DNA of 43,522 nucleotides from an uncultured Oscillospiraceae bacterium (GTDB lineage Bacteria; Bacillota; Clostridia; UMGS1883): positions 1 to 43,522 of the forward strand of contig CAZYYT010000002.1 of NCBI GenBank assembly GCA_964651775.1, given 5' to 3'. The number at the start of each line of letters is the position of its first letter. Position 1 is the stretch's first letter. A program made the translations under genes and the position numbers. This document shows, one piece after another, positions 10,383-20,080 of the stretch. Below the pieces are notes generated by a model, which saw only the letters and a list, made by a program, of their open reading frames with translations, was not told the origin of the DNA and did not search any database.

Positions 10383-11246
10383 TCAAACCTTCTCCCTTCT
10401 CTGCTTACCCATAAGTCCCGTAGGTCTTACAAGCAAAATCACAATAAGCAGTGAAAATTCAAAAGCTGTTGTATATGGTGCAAGCACCGGAATACTAAGT
10501 GATATTTTTTCGATTACACCTAAAAGCACGCCACCAATCATCGCACCTGGGATTGAACCTATGCCACCGATAACTGCCGCGGTAAACGCTTTAATGCCGG
10601 GCATTGAGCCAAGCGTAGGTGATGTAGATGGAATCTGCATAAGATAAAATGTGCTTGCAAAAGCCGCAAGTATAGAGCCGATTGCAAATGTGATTGTGAT
10701 AATTTTATTTACATCAACGCCCATAAGCTGTGCTGCGCCATTATCTTCTGATACAGCAAGCATTGCACGGCCTGTCTTTGTTTTAGAAACAAAAAGGGTT
10801 AGTCCCACCATTATGACACCCCCAACGATAAGAGTAATTATCGTTGCAACATTTATTTTTAATGAGCCTATGCTTATTGCCTTAAAGCTTCCTAAAGTAA
10901 CAGGCTTTGACTCCGCTCCGAAGGCAAGCTGTGCAATACTTTGCAACAGATAACTAACGCCGATTGCAGTTATAAGTACCGCAAGCGGAGAAGCCCCACG
11001 AAGTGGCTTGTACGCCAGTTTTTCGGCAAGAACGCCAAGCAGTGCGCAGACTATCACTGCAACAAGTATAGCAAGCAGTGGTTGTCCGCCCGCGGAAAGT
11101 GCAACAAGTATAGCATATGCGCCAACCATAATGATGTCACCATGTGCAAAGTTAAGCATTTTTGCAATTCCGTATACCATTGTGTAGCCAAGCGCAATCA
11201 AGGCATATATACTGCCAAGGCTTAAACCATCAATAAATGTACTCAT
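10383..11246 (-). CDS. livH: branched-chain amino acid ABC transporter permease
   Basis: MSTFIDGLSLGSIYALIALGYTMVYG is a LivH-type N-terminus. Start moved to this Met (AAAGGGG upstream) rather than 11300. Confidence 0.85.
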   Translation of the reverse strand: MSTFIDGLSLGSIYALIALGYTMVYGIAKMLNFAHGDIIMVGAYAILVALSAGGQPLLAILVAVIVCALLGVLAEKLAYKPLRGASPLAVLITAIGVSYLLQSIAQLAFGAESKPVTLGSFKAISIGSLKINVATIITLIVGGVIMVGLTLFVSKTKTGRAMLAVSEDNGAAQLMGVDVNKIITITFAIGSILAAFASTFYLMQIPSTSPTLGSMPGIKAFTAAVIGGIGSIPGAMIGGVLLGVIEKISLSIPVLAPYTTAFEFSLLIVILLVRPTGLMGKQRREKV

Positions 11247-11324
11247 AAAGTTTACCCCTTTGATATAAATGAATATTTGGTTGGATGTATAAAAATACAC
11301 CCAACCAAATCAATTTTAAACAGA

Positions 11325-12452
11325 TTATTTTTTAAGCACTACAATCTGTGGAATCTTTGTACAAGCACCGGACTTATCCCAAGTCATGAGGCCTGTTGCA
11401 CCATTGTGCTCGAAATCTTTTGCTGTGATTGTTTTAACTAAAATGTCACAAAGCTCTGTTGCGCTTATTGTAACATCTTTAACGTCAGCCTTTTTCATAG
11501 CTTCATAAATTGTCATAATTGCATCATAACCATCTGCTGCAAACTGGTCCGGAACTTTGTCGTATTTTGCTTTGTAAGCCTCAACAAACTTTTTCGGGAC
11601 TTCTTCATGGCTATTTGCATCGAAAGGTGTTATATACTTAATTTCATTTTTAACAGATGCATCAACCTGACCTGCAACGCCATCAAGTCCGTCACAGCCG
11701 AAGAGTACTGCCTGGCTGCCCTTTGCTGTAGCAGTCTTTGCTATAAGACCTGCTTCTGTGTAGTAGATGGGAAGGAAAATAACATCACAATCCTTAAGTG
11801 CCTCTACCTGAGTTGAAAAGTCTTTCTTGTTTTCAGCATCAAAAGACTGTGTCTTAAACGTAACGCCAAGCTTTTTCATTTCAGCCTTGAAAGCTTTGTA
11901 AATACCTGCTGAATAAGGATCACTTGTATCATAAATAGCACCGATGTTCTTATATGTCTTTGTAAGCTCACCTGCTGCAAGGATACCCTGGTCAGGGTCA
12001 CCAAAACAGATACGAAATGCGTTAGGACGATTTTCGATTACGTTTGCCGCTGATGCAGAAGGTGTAAGGAAGAATACGTTATCCTCTACAGCTTTTGAAG
12101 CAAAAGAATCAGCAGAACCGCTTGTTACAGAGCCAATAGATGCCTGCATACCACTTTCAAAAAGTGTATCATAGCCTGTTGCAGCATCAGCCGCAGTAGC
12201 CTTGTCATCTTTCATATCAAGCTTAAATTTAAATCCGTTAAGTCCGCCTGCTGCATTGATTTCTTCAATTGCAAGAGCGGCTCCCGCCTGAACAGATACA
12301 CCATAAGAAGATACATCACCTGTAAGAGGGCCTGTTGCACCGATAATAAATTCTGTGTTTTCACCTGTGTAGTTTCCTGCATTTTTTGCACAGCCTGCGA
12401 AGCAAGCAACTGCTAAAACGCATGCCAATGTAAGCGCCATTATTTTCTTCAT
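11325..12452 (-). CDS. ABC transporter substrate-binding lipoprotein (LivJ/K-like, amino acid binding)
   Basis: Lipoprotein signal MKKIMALTLACVLAVACFAGC. Type I periplasmic-binding-fold features. First gene of the liv cluster. ATG at 12452 lies 8 nt after GGAG. Confidence 0.82.
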   Translation of the reverse strand: MKKIMALTLACVLAVACFAGCAKNAGNYTGENTEFIIGATGPLTGDVSSYGVSVQAGAALAIEEINAAGGLNGFKFKLDMKDDKATAADAATGYDTLFESGMQASIGSVTSGSADSFASKAVEDNVFFLTPSASAANVIENRPNAFRICFGDPDQGILAAGELTKTYKNIGAIYDTSDPYSAGIYKAFKAEMKKLGVTFKTQSFDAENKKDFSTQVEALKDCDVIFLPIYYTEAGLIAKTATAKGSQAVLFGCDGLDGVAGQVDASVKNEIKYITPFDANSHEEVPKKFVEAYKAKYDKVPDQFAADGYDAIMTIYEAMKKADVKDVTISATELCDILVKTITAKDFEHNGATGLMTWDKSGACTKIPQIVVLKK

Positions 12453-12584
12453 GATTATCACTCCTATTTCATACTTTATGATATTATATATGAATTTTTT
12501 AGTAAAATCAATTATTTTATTCCTTTTTATTTGTTTTTATATAATTTTCTTTATAATAGCTATATTTTTGGCTTAAAATATTTG

Positions 12585-12613
12585 TTGACATAAGTACTTT
12601 AATATATTAGAAT
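12585..12613 (+). promoter_or_regulatory. sigma-70-type promoter candidate for the GH116 gene
   Basis: TTGACA (12585-12590), 17-nt spacer, TAGAAT (12608-12613), about 35 nt upstream of the RBS. Confidence 0.4.
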
Positions 12614-12646
12614 TTTAATTGCGCACTATAACAAAGGAGTGATTAT

Positions 12647-15184
12647 ATGATATATACCGGTAATTCATTAAAAGAAATATCTTTCCCACTTGGTGGCATC
12701 GGCACAGGCTCGATTGGTCTTAGTGAAAACGGCAACCTCATAGATTGGGAAATTTTCAACAGACCAAGCAAAGGATCTGATAATGACTACTCTCACTTTG
12801 CAATAAGATGCAAGGATAAAGATGGAAGCGTTAAAGCCTTTGCCTTAAATGGAGACACTACCCAAAGCCTTATGGGCTCTCTGAATGGGTCTCTTTATTC
12901 AAGCTTTGGCTTCGGTCCCTCAAAATGCCTTATGAGTGGGTTTCCCCATTTTAGAAGCATCACATTTAATGGTGAATTTCCCATTGCGGAAATAAACTTT
13001 TCTGACGATAACTTCCCCCTTGATGTTACGCTTCGTGCATTTAACCCATTTATTCCGCTTGATGCTGACAATTCAAGCATCCCTGCGGCATTTTTTGAGT
13101 TAGAGTACAAAAATAACACTAAAGAGGATTTTGAGTTTTCTGCAGCACTTTCACTGTGCAACCATAATAAAATAGGAAAAAACACAAAAAAACCATTCGG
13201 CGTATTTTTAGAAAGTCTTGAAGATAGCGAAAGTGTTACATACTCTGATTTAACTGCAATGTGTGATTGTGAAAACACAACCGTTCAGGAATATTGGTAC
13301 CGTGGCGGATGGATGGACCCCATCGTCACCTTTTGGAATGAATTTTCATCCGGAAATCCTCTTTCAGAGCGTCATTACGAGAATTCCACATCAAAGATTG
13401 AGCCTTCCATGGCAGGTGGTAAGGATACTGCAACCGTTATGGGCACTCGCACAATAAAAAGTGGTGAAACACACAAAATGCGTTTCATTCTTTCATGGAA
13501 TGCACCCAACAACTATAACTATTGGAACGAATGTAAAAATGAAGACGGCAGTCATAAAACCTGGAAAAACTACTACAAAACAAAGTTTGAAAATTCCTAC
13601 GAAACTGCAAAATATTGTCTTGAAAACTGGGATGACCTTTATAATCGTACCGATAAATTCAGAAAAGCACTGTACTCATCATCCCTTGATAAATCTGTTA
13701 TAGATGCCGCCGCTGCAAATCTTTCTGTATTAAAAAGTCCGACAGTGCTTCGTCTTGAGGATGGCACCTTCTATGGTTGGGAGGGTGTGCACCCACAGGA
13801 GGGTAGCTGTGAGGGAACTTGTCAGCACGTTTGGAACTATGCATATGCGCTTTGCTTCCTTTTTCCGGAGCTTGAGAAATCAATCCGTGATATGGAATTA
13901 AAATTTAACACCTCAGAGGATGGTGAAATGCAGTTTCGTCTGGCACTTCCCTATGGCCGTGAGCAGGAAAAGTTTCGTGCTTGTCTTGACGGTCAGATGG
14001 GCACTGTAATTAAAATATATCGTGATTGGCGCATCACCGGTGACAACCGGTGGATAAAAGACAATTGGCAAAATATTAAAAATATCGCTTCATATGCGTG
14101 GAGTGATAAAAATCCGGACGAGTGGGATCGTAACAAAGATGGTGTGCTTGAAGGCAGACAGCACCATACTCTTGATATGGAGCTTTTCGGTCCATCATCT
14201 TGGCTTGAGGGTTTCTATCTTGCCGCACTTAAGGCAGCAGCCGAAATGGCAAAGTTTGTTGGAGATTCGGAATTTTATAAAGAATGCTGCACACTCTTTG
14301 AAAAAGGCCAAAAGTGGGCAAACGAAAACCTGTTTAACGGTAAATACTTTATTCAAAAGGTTGATTTAAAGGACAAATCAATTGTTGACCACTTTAATTG
14401 CCCCAACTATTGGAATGAAGAGGCTTGTGAAATCAAATACCAGATTGGTGAAGGTTCATCCATTGACCAGCTTTGTGCACAGTGGCACGCAGATATTTCA
14501 GGTCTTGGTGATATATTTGATAAAGGAAAGGTTAATACCGCGCTTGAAAATATGTTTAAGAACAACTTCAAGGAAACAATGCGTAACCACGTAAACCCGT
14601 GGCGTGTATTCTCACTTAATGATGAAGCAGGCAGTGTTATTTGTGTATATCCGGAAGGAAGCAATAAGCCCTTCATCCCTGTCCCATATTGTGAAGAAAC
14701 AATGACTGGCTTTGAATATAGCTTTGCAGGTATTCTTGCAACACGCGGATATGTAAAAGAGGGCACCAAGGTGGCAAAAGCAGTTCGTGACCGTTTCAGC
14801 GGTCATAACCGTAACCCTTGGAATGAATTTGAATGTGGCAGTAACTACGCACGCTCTATGGCAAGCTTTGCACTTATACCGATTTTCAGCGGTTTTATAT
14901 TTGACCTTCCGCACAACACAATCGGATTTAATCCCATAACTAAGGGTGATTTTAATTCCTTCTGGTCTGTTGGAACAGGCTGGGGCGATTTTAAAAAGAC
15001 AGATGATAAGCTTACTATTAACATTTTTGAGGGTGCACTTACACTTGAAAAAATCAATCTTCCGTTTTTAAACACCGTAAAGGCTGTTACGTCAGATAAA
15101 GAAAGTATACCCTTTGCATTTGAAAATGGAACTATAACCTTCGATAAGCTTAAAGCATCAAACAAAATAGAAATCACATTTTAA
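12647..15184 (+). CDS. GH116 family glycoside hydrolase (GBA2-type beta-glucosidase/glucosylceramidase-like)
   Basis: 845 aa. N-terminal FPLGGIGTGSIGLSENGNLIDWEIFNRP motif of the GH116 N-domain and an (alpha/alpha)6-type C-terminal catalytic region (EGTCQHVWNYA). Confidence 0.82.
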   Translation: MIYTGNSLKEISFPLGGIGTGSIGLSENGNLIDWEIFNRPSKGSDNDYSHFAIRCKDKDGSVKAFALNGDTTQSLMGSLNGSLYSSFGFGPSKCLMSGFPHFRSITFNGEFPIAEINFSDDNFPLDVTLRAFNPFIPLDADNSSIPAAFFELEYKNNTKEDFEFSAALSLCNHNKIGKNTKKPFGVFLESLEDSESVTYSDLTAMCDCENTTVQEYWYRGGWMDPIVTFWNEFSSGNPLSERHYENSTSKIEPSMAGGKDTATVMGTRTIKSGETHKMRFILSWNAPNNYNYWNECKNEDGSHKTWKNYYKTKFENSYETAKYCLENWDDLYNRTDKFRKALYSSSLDKSVIDAAAANLSVLKSPTVLRLEDGTFYGWEGVHPQEGSCEGTCQHVWNYAYALCFLFPELEKSIRDMELKFNTSEDGEMQFRLALPYGREQEKFRACLDGQMGTVIKIYRDWRITGDNRWIKDNWQNIKNIASYAWSDKNPDEWDRNKDGVLEGRQHHTLDMELFGPSSWLEGFYLAALKAAAEMAKFVGDSEFYKECCTLFEKGQKWANENLFNGKYFIQKVDLKDKSIVDHFNCPNYWNEEACEIKYQIGEGSSIDQLCAQWHADISGLGDIFDKGKVNTALENMFKNNFKETMRNHVNPWRVFSLNDEAGSVICVYPEGSNKPFIPVPYCEETMTGFEYSFAGILATRGYVKEGTKVAKAVRDRFSGHNRNPWNEFECGSNYARSMASFALIPIFSGFIFDLPHNTIGFNPITKGDFNSFWSVGTGWGDFKKTDDKLTINIFEGALTLEKINLPFLNTVKAVTSDKESIPFAFENGTITFDKLKASNKIEITF

Positions 15185-15190
15185 TAAAAA

Positions 15191-15217
15191 AGCCCATAAA
15201 CCTCAGGTTTATGGGCT
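15191..15217 (+). terminator. Rho-independent terminator of the GH116 gene
   Basis: agcccataaac / gtttatgggct stem with a 5-nt loop, followed by TTTTTG. Confidence 0.75.
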
Positions 15218-15305
15218 TTTTGTGTGTAGTAAACTGAAAATATGGCTTCAAAACCAATGCTTCCTTATATGGTTGTGGCAAAAACTAAAACACCTTTTTT
15301 ACTAT

Positions 15306-15470
15306 TAGACCTGTCCTAAAACCTTTTGTGAGCGGATAAGCGAGAATTTTTTTCGCCACGCAAGGAAAAGGTTCTCGCAAATAATTGGTTTATTTGCGAC
15401 GGTTCTTTTACGAAGTGAGACGGGAAAAAGACCGCTTTCGCCGCCGCGAGATGGTTTTAGGACGGGTCTA
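15306..15470. repeat. MITE-like 165-bp imperfect palindrome with 18-bp terminal inverted repeats
   Basis: tagacctgtcctaaaacc (15306-15323) against ggttttaggacgggtcta (15453-15470), 17/18 complementary. A perfect 10-bp hairpin tcgcaaataa/ttatttgcga sits exactly at the centre (15375-15399). Only one copy is visible in this window. Confidence 0.4.
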
Positions 15471-16448
15471 TTAATTATATTCTTTTTGCACATCTTCAAT
15501 AAGGTCACAAAGTGCCTCAACAACATCCGGTGGTGATAAAATTTTTGCACGATTTCCAAAACCGATAATCCATGTAAGAAATATTGGGCTAACCGCCACC
15601 CTTACATTACATATAAAGTGGTTTTCATCCGCTTTAATAATTGGAACATTTATGCCAAAGTGGTCATAAACCACGCCTGCAAGGCTGTTTTCAAATTTGA
15701 TGGAAACATCCCTTTCAACACCGCCAAACATCTGAAATGTAGACTTCGCATAGCTTGTAATGTCAAACTTTTTGTCAGAGAGCACACGCTCATCCTCTGT
15801 CAGTTCAATACCCTCCATTCTGTCAACACGGTAATGGGTATAGCTTTCGTACTTTTCCTTGTAGGTAACAAGATAATAGTTCTCATTACTCCACATAAGC
15901 GTTACAGGCGACTCTGTGTAGAGGTTTCCCTCCTTACGATATACCTTTTTCTTGTTCACATCAAGGTCAAAATACTTAAAAGTAATTTGTCTGTTTTTTC
16001 CAATTGACTCGTGAATTCTGTCAATATTATAGTAGATATTCTCATTCATTGTCTTCGCTCTTCCAAGAACGAAAACCTGCCTTTGAAGCTTCTTCGCATT
16101 TTCTCTACTGGTTAGCTTTCCAATTTTTGAGATTAGCTCAATACTCTTTTTTTCTGTGATAAACTTTGATGCCTGTACAATATCAACCAAAAGCTTCAGT
16201 TCAGGCAGTTCAAAATCACGGTTTGCTATGAAATACCCCGTAGTTTTAGTCCTTTTTACACATATATCAATCCCAAAAATCCGAAGATATTCAAGGTCAT
16301 CATAAATGCTTTTTCTCTCCGCAGAAATACCAACCTTATTTAGTTCCCCAATTATTTGTCGGATGGTAATTGGATTCTCTTCATCCGTCTTTTCCATAAG
16401 AATTTTCAGTAAGTACAATAATTTAAGTTTTTGATGTGATAGCTTCAT
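15471..16448 (-). CDS. HTH-WYL domain transcriptional regulator (YafY/PafBC-like)
   Basis: 325 aa. N-terminal winged HTH (ITIRQIIGELNKVGISAERKSIYDDLEYL). Central WYL-type segment (ITFKYFDLD...YYLVTYKEKYESYTHYRVDRMEGIEL). C-terminal WCX-like extension. Confidence 0.78.
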   Translation of the reverse strand: MKLSHQKLKLLYLLKILMEKTDEENPITIRQIIGELNKVGISAERKSIYDDLEYLRIFGIDICVKRTKTTGYFIANRDFELPELKLLVDIVQASKFITEKKSIELISKIGKLTSRENAKKLQRQVFVLGRAKTMNENIYYNIDRIHESIGKNRQITFKYFDLDVNKKKVYRKEGNLYTESPVTLMWSNENYYLVTYKEKYESYTHYRVDRMEGIELTEDERVLSDKKFDITSYAKSTFQMFGGVERDVSIKFENSLAGVVYDHFGINVPIIKADENHFICNVRVAVSPIFLTWIIGFGNRAKILSPPDVVEALCDLIEDVQKEYN

Positions 16449-16740
16449 ACTATCCCCCCCAAATTACATTTCAGCTATAACAAACTTTGTATTATCTACT
16501 TTATTTATATACATAGTTGTTTTTATGACCTATACCGGTTAAAAACATTGCATATCTGATAGATTGTTTATTAAAAATAAGTATCTCCATCTACCTTCAT
16601 AATTATTATATCAAATTTAGTGTAGCATTAGGTGGACAGTGCTCTTTTTTTAGAAAACATATGTAAAAATAATAAAAAATGGCAGTAAAGGCAGTTTAAT
16701 ATAGGGATTATTCGCCCAAAAACCATACGTCAAACAAAAA

Positions 16741-16760
16741 AGGAAGTGAATTCACTTCCT
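16741..16760 (-). terminator. Rho-independent terminator of feoB
   Basis: Perfect 20-nt palindrome aggaagtgaattcacttcct directly after the stop, followed by TTTTTG on the minus strand. Confidence 0.7.
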
Positions 16761-17591
16761 TTAAATAATTAAATTAATTAAAAAGCATAGCAAAATTCCA
16801 ATACAAGTCGGCAAAAGAAACGAAATCATTGTCCAAAACATACTCCCCGTTTCTTTTTTTATGGTAAGCAAAGTTGTTGAGCAAGGCCAATGCATAAGGA
16901 AAAACACAATCGTGCAAAGTGCAGTTGATAACCTCCACCCGTTTTGAACAAAAATTTCTCTCATTTGAATAAGGCTTCCCGTTTCTATCAAAGTGCCTTG
17001 CGCGGTATATGCCATTATCATTATGGGAATTACAATTTCATTTGCGGGAAATCCAAGTATAAACGCGGTTAAAATTATCCCATCGAGGCCGATTGCCCTT
17101 GCAAACGGGTCAAGAAATTGACTTATATGCAAAAGTAGACTAACTCCACCAATTTGAGCATTTGCCAAAATCCATAAAATAAGTCCTGCAGGTGCAGCAA
17201 CCTTTATAGCGCGAATAAGTACAAAAAATGTTCTGTCATAGAGAGAGCGTATAATTACCCTCATAATCTGAGGCCGTCTGTATGGCGGAAGCTCTAAAAC
17301 AAATGACGATGGCTCCCCCTTTAAAACAGTCTCTGACAAAACCTTTGTACTAATAAAAGTCATACCTATACCAAAAAGTATAACCCCCGTCAGTATTACA
17401 GCACTTTTTACCGAGCTTAGTATACCGCCTACACCTGCAAAAAACATTGTTATAATCGCAAGCAATGCCGGGAATCTTCCGTTGCAAGGGACAAAGTTGT
17501 TTGTAATTATTGCAAGCAGCCTCTCCCTTGGAGAGTCTATTATTCTGCACCCTATAACCCCTGCCGCATTACATCCAAAGCCCATGCACAT
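16761..17591 (-). pseudogene. feoB: feoB 3-prime fragment (C-terminal permease part of an interrupted ferrous iron transporter B)
   Basis: Begins MCMGFGCNAAGVIGCRIIDSPRERL, which matches the internal FeoB MGFGCN region, then continues as polytopic membrane sequence. It has no G-domain. It joins in phase with 34599-35900. Confidence 0.85.
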
Positions 17592-17594
17592 GGT
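17587..17594. repeat. left junction core (attL/attR crossover region)
   Basis: CACATGGT is identical to 34603-34610 and sits exactly at the feoB break point. Confidence 0.8.
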
Positions 17595-17635
17595 AGGTTA
17601 TTTAGTTGTGTAAAAAGTGGAAAAACGAAAACGCA

Positions 17636-19276
17636 CTAACCCCTTGGTTTTGGTTCCTCAATAATAATTTCATTTGGCTCACAATTAAACTTAAAGTAAA
17701 TATCAATTCTTTGATGCTTTGTCTTCTCAGCATACTCACCCTGATGCACATCTATTCTATCAATAAGCTTAAAGATGATTTCACTATCCAAATAGCTTAA
17801 CTTCTCATAATCTGCAATAAGCTTCTTAAACACGGCGTGCCTTTTGGTCAGCGCCTTTGTATCAGCCTTTATGGAGATAGCCTTTTCTTTCTCAGCGATA
17901 ACGCTTTCCAAACTCTCTTTTTCAAGTTCATATTTTGCCCTTAAGTTCTCAAAGGTTTTATCGTCAATATCTCCCGAAAAACTTTTGTCATACACCATCT
18001 CAAGCTTGTTTGATATGCCCGAAAGCTTTCTTTTAGCATCGTCAAGCTTCGATATGTAAGCATCCCCGCTTTGAAGCATCTCATTAAGTAAGCGTTCCCT
18101 TTCCTCCTCGGTAAAGCTTATCTGCTGACGTAGGGCTTCTAAAACAATATTGTATAAAACATCATAGTCTATAAAGTGGGAAGTGCAAGCAGTTGGTCCA
18201 AGCTGCTTGTAGCCGCCACAATTTAGATTTGCCTTTGCACCCTTTTTATTTGTGCCAACGGTTGACATATTTCGTTTGCAGTCGCTACATTTGGCAACCC
18301 CGGAAAATAGATTAGCAAAGCCCTTTTCCCTTACTTTGGTTCGGCTTTGCATCTTTTTTCTGACAATATCCCAAGTATCGCTTTCAATCAGCGCTTCGTG
18401 TGTATTTTCCACACGAATCCATTCGTCCTTTGGAATGTTTTCTATATGCTTTGATTTAAAGCTGGGCTTGTGGGTTTTACCTTGCAGGGTATGGCCCAAG
18501 TAAACCTCATTTCGAAGTAGCTTACTCACCGTACCCGTTTGCCACTTGTCAGATGTTTCATAGTTTTCCTCATCTAAATGAATGTTAACTTTAAAACGAT
18601 ACTTTGACGGAGTAATAATACCATCATCATTTAGCTGCTTTGCAATCTGATTTGGTGAGTACCCCTCTTTTGCAAGGAAGAATATCCTTATAACCACTTG
18701 TGAGGACTCTACGTCAGGCAGAAGATGATTTTTATTCTTGGGGTCTTTTCGGTAGCCATATGGGGCAAATGCACCGACAAACTCACCTTCTCTCATTTTT
18801 GCGGCAAAAGAGGAATTTATCTTCCTTGAAATATCCCCTGCATAAAGCTCATTGGTGAAGCTAAGCATCGGCGCAAGTATCTCGGAAGCATCACTTGCCG
18901 TGGTGTCAATGCCCTCTGTAATGGATATGTACCTAACACCGTTTTCTACAAAGAAATCATCAAGCATCATCATTACCTGGCCCGTGTTTCTCCCTAGACG
19001 GGAAAAGTCCTTGGTAAGAACTACTCCAATCTTTCCTTGGACAATATCCTGCTTCATTCTTAAAAACGAAGGTCTGTCAAAATTGGTGCCGGTATAGCCA
19101 TCGTCAATATATTCGTCATAAACGAAAAGCCCATTGTCTTTCGCATAGTTTATTAAAATTTTTCGCTGATTATCTATAGATGCACTCTCACTTGACTCAC
19201 CATCTTCTCGTGACAGACGCATATATAAAGCGGCATAAAACCTGACCGCTTTATTATGTGTTAAGCTCGCATTCAC
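17636..19276 (-). CDS. large serine recombinase (resolvase/invertase N-domain, recombinase domain, zinc ribbon, coiled coil)
   Basis: 546 aa. Catalytic region YMRLSREDGESSESASIDNQRKIL, recombinase-domain sequence and Cys cluster CSDC...CGGYKQLGPTACTSH. GTG start with GGGGG upstream. Confidence 0.9.
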   Translation of the reverse strand: MNASLTHNKAVRFYAALYMRLSREDGESSESASIDNQRKILINYAKDNGLFVYDEYIDDGYTGTNFDRPSFLRMKQDIVQGKIGVVLTKDFSRLGRNTGQVMMMLDDFFVENGVRYISITEGIDTTASDASEILAPMLSFTNELYAGDISRKINSSFAAKMREGEFVGAFAPYGYRKDPKNKNHLLPDVESSQVVIRIFFLAKEGYSPNQIAKQLNDDGIITPSKYRFKVNIHLDEENYETSDKWQTGTVSKLLRNEVYLGHTLQGKTHKPSFKSKHIENIPKDEWIRVENTHEALIESDTWDIVRKKMQSRTKVREKGFANLFSGVAKCSDCKRNMSTVGTNKKGAKANLNCGGYKQLGPTACTSHFIDYDVLYNIVLEALRQQISFTEEERERLLNEMLQSGDAYISKLDDAKRKLSGISNKLEMVYDKSFSGDIDDKTFENLRAKYELEKESLESVIAEKEKAISIKADTKALTKRHAVFKKLIADYEKLSYLDSEIIFKLIDRIDVHQGEYAEKTKHQRIDIYFKFNCEPNEIIIEEPKPRG

Positions 19277-19308
19277 AAAAGCCCCCTTTCCGCCCCCTTA
19301 ACTTACTT

Positions 19309-19428
19309 TCAAGCATTTCGTGACTTACTTAATAAAATTTCTTTAATTATTTCTTTTATATCTCGTTTACATGTTGAATGTATCTTTATATCATAGACTT
19401 CTTTGGTTTGTTTTTTTGCATTTGTCAT
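19309..19428 (-). CDS. small basic ORF (39 aa) immediately upstream of and co-oriented with the recombinase; function unknown
   Basis: My own translation: MTNAKKQTKEVYDIKIHSTCKRDIKEIIKEILLSKSRNA. GGGAGTG lies 5 nt upstream of the ATG. The stop is 32 nt before the recombinase start. It is below the ORF-track length cutoff. Confidence 0.3.
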   Translation of the reverse strand: MTNAKKQTKEVYDIKIHSTCKRDIKEIIKEILLSKSRNA

Positions 19429-19708
19429 ATAATCACTCCCTTACCCCCAAAATTTAGTGCCCAAAATCGGTTTTGTGTGCTAAATTTGTTGTTATATAAG
19501 CCTATGCGTAAGGATTATATTTCTTGCTTGTCCAACCAACTAATTCATGATTTTTTAAATAGCAAAAGCTTTTTAAAAGAAGCCCACCCTATATAAAAAG
19601 GTGACGTTTAACTTAAAAATATATAGATTGTAATTTCAAAATAAAGTGATATAATTGAAGAAAAGAAATATTAAGTGCTTCTTAAATAACAAAAAGGATG
19701 TTTGAATA

Positions 19709-20059
19709 ATGAAAAATATAAAATTTTATGTGTGCCCCAAATGTGGAAATATTCTGCAAGGCACAGGCGAATTTGAGGTTTCGTGCTGTGGCAATCAGCT
19801 TCCTGCACTTGTACCAAAAACAGATACAACAAACCACGAGATTGATTCTAAAATAGTTGAAGATGATTTTTATATTACCTTTAATCACGAAATGACTAAG
19901 TCACACTACATCGGTTTTGCAGCATATGTTGGATTTGACAGGGTGCTTACTGTTAGACTGTATCCCGAGCAAGAAGCGGTTGTGCGTTTTCCAAGAATGA
20001 GTAGAGGAAAACTCTATTTATACTGCAATCAGCATGGATTAATTGAGTATAAATTATAA
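19709..20059 (+). CDS. desulfoferrodoxin-family protein (class I superoxide reductase-like)
   Basis: 116 aa. N-terminal desulforedoxin-type CPKC...CC motif. NHE..., NHEMTKSHYI and YCNQHGL match the His/Cys ligand pattern of SOR centre II. Confidence 0.65.
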   Translation: MKNIKFYVCPKCGNILQGTGEFEVSCCGNQLPALVPKTDTTNHEIDSKIVEDDFYITFNHEMTKSHYIGFAAYVGFDRVLTVRLYPEQEAVVRFPRMSRGKLYLYCNQHGLIEYKL

Positions 20060-20080
20060 GACCAGCTTCGGGGTGTGTAT

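Noticed and set aside
12462-12646. T-box or other leader upstream of the liv operon.
   Set aside because: The whole divergent intergenic region is only 185 nt and very AT-rich. It has no T-box sequence (AGGGTGGTACCGCG-like) and no specifier or antiterminator architecture.
12895-14914. Several 60-130-aa ORFs antisense or out of frame inside the GH116 gene. Similar shadow ORFs occur in the esterase, liv, recombinase, permease, feoB, mazG and flippase genes (for example 28092-28463, 35779-36237, 36234-36536).
   Set aside because: They lie wholly inside long ORFs with clear family motifs, lack RBSs and give low-complexity translations. These are typical shadow ORFs.
15305-15559. 84-aa minus-strand ORF in the track spanning the palindromic element and the WYL gene 3-prime end.
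   Set aside because: It overlaps the well-supported WYL CDS in another frame, has no RBS, and its sequence is dictated by the inverted-repeat element.
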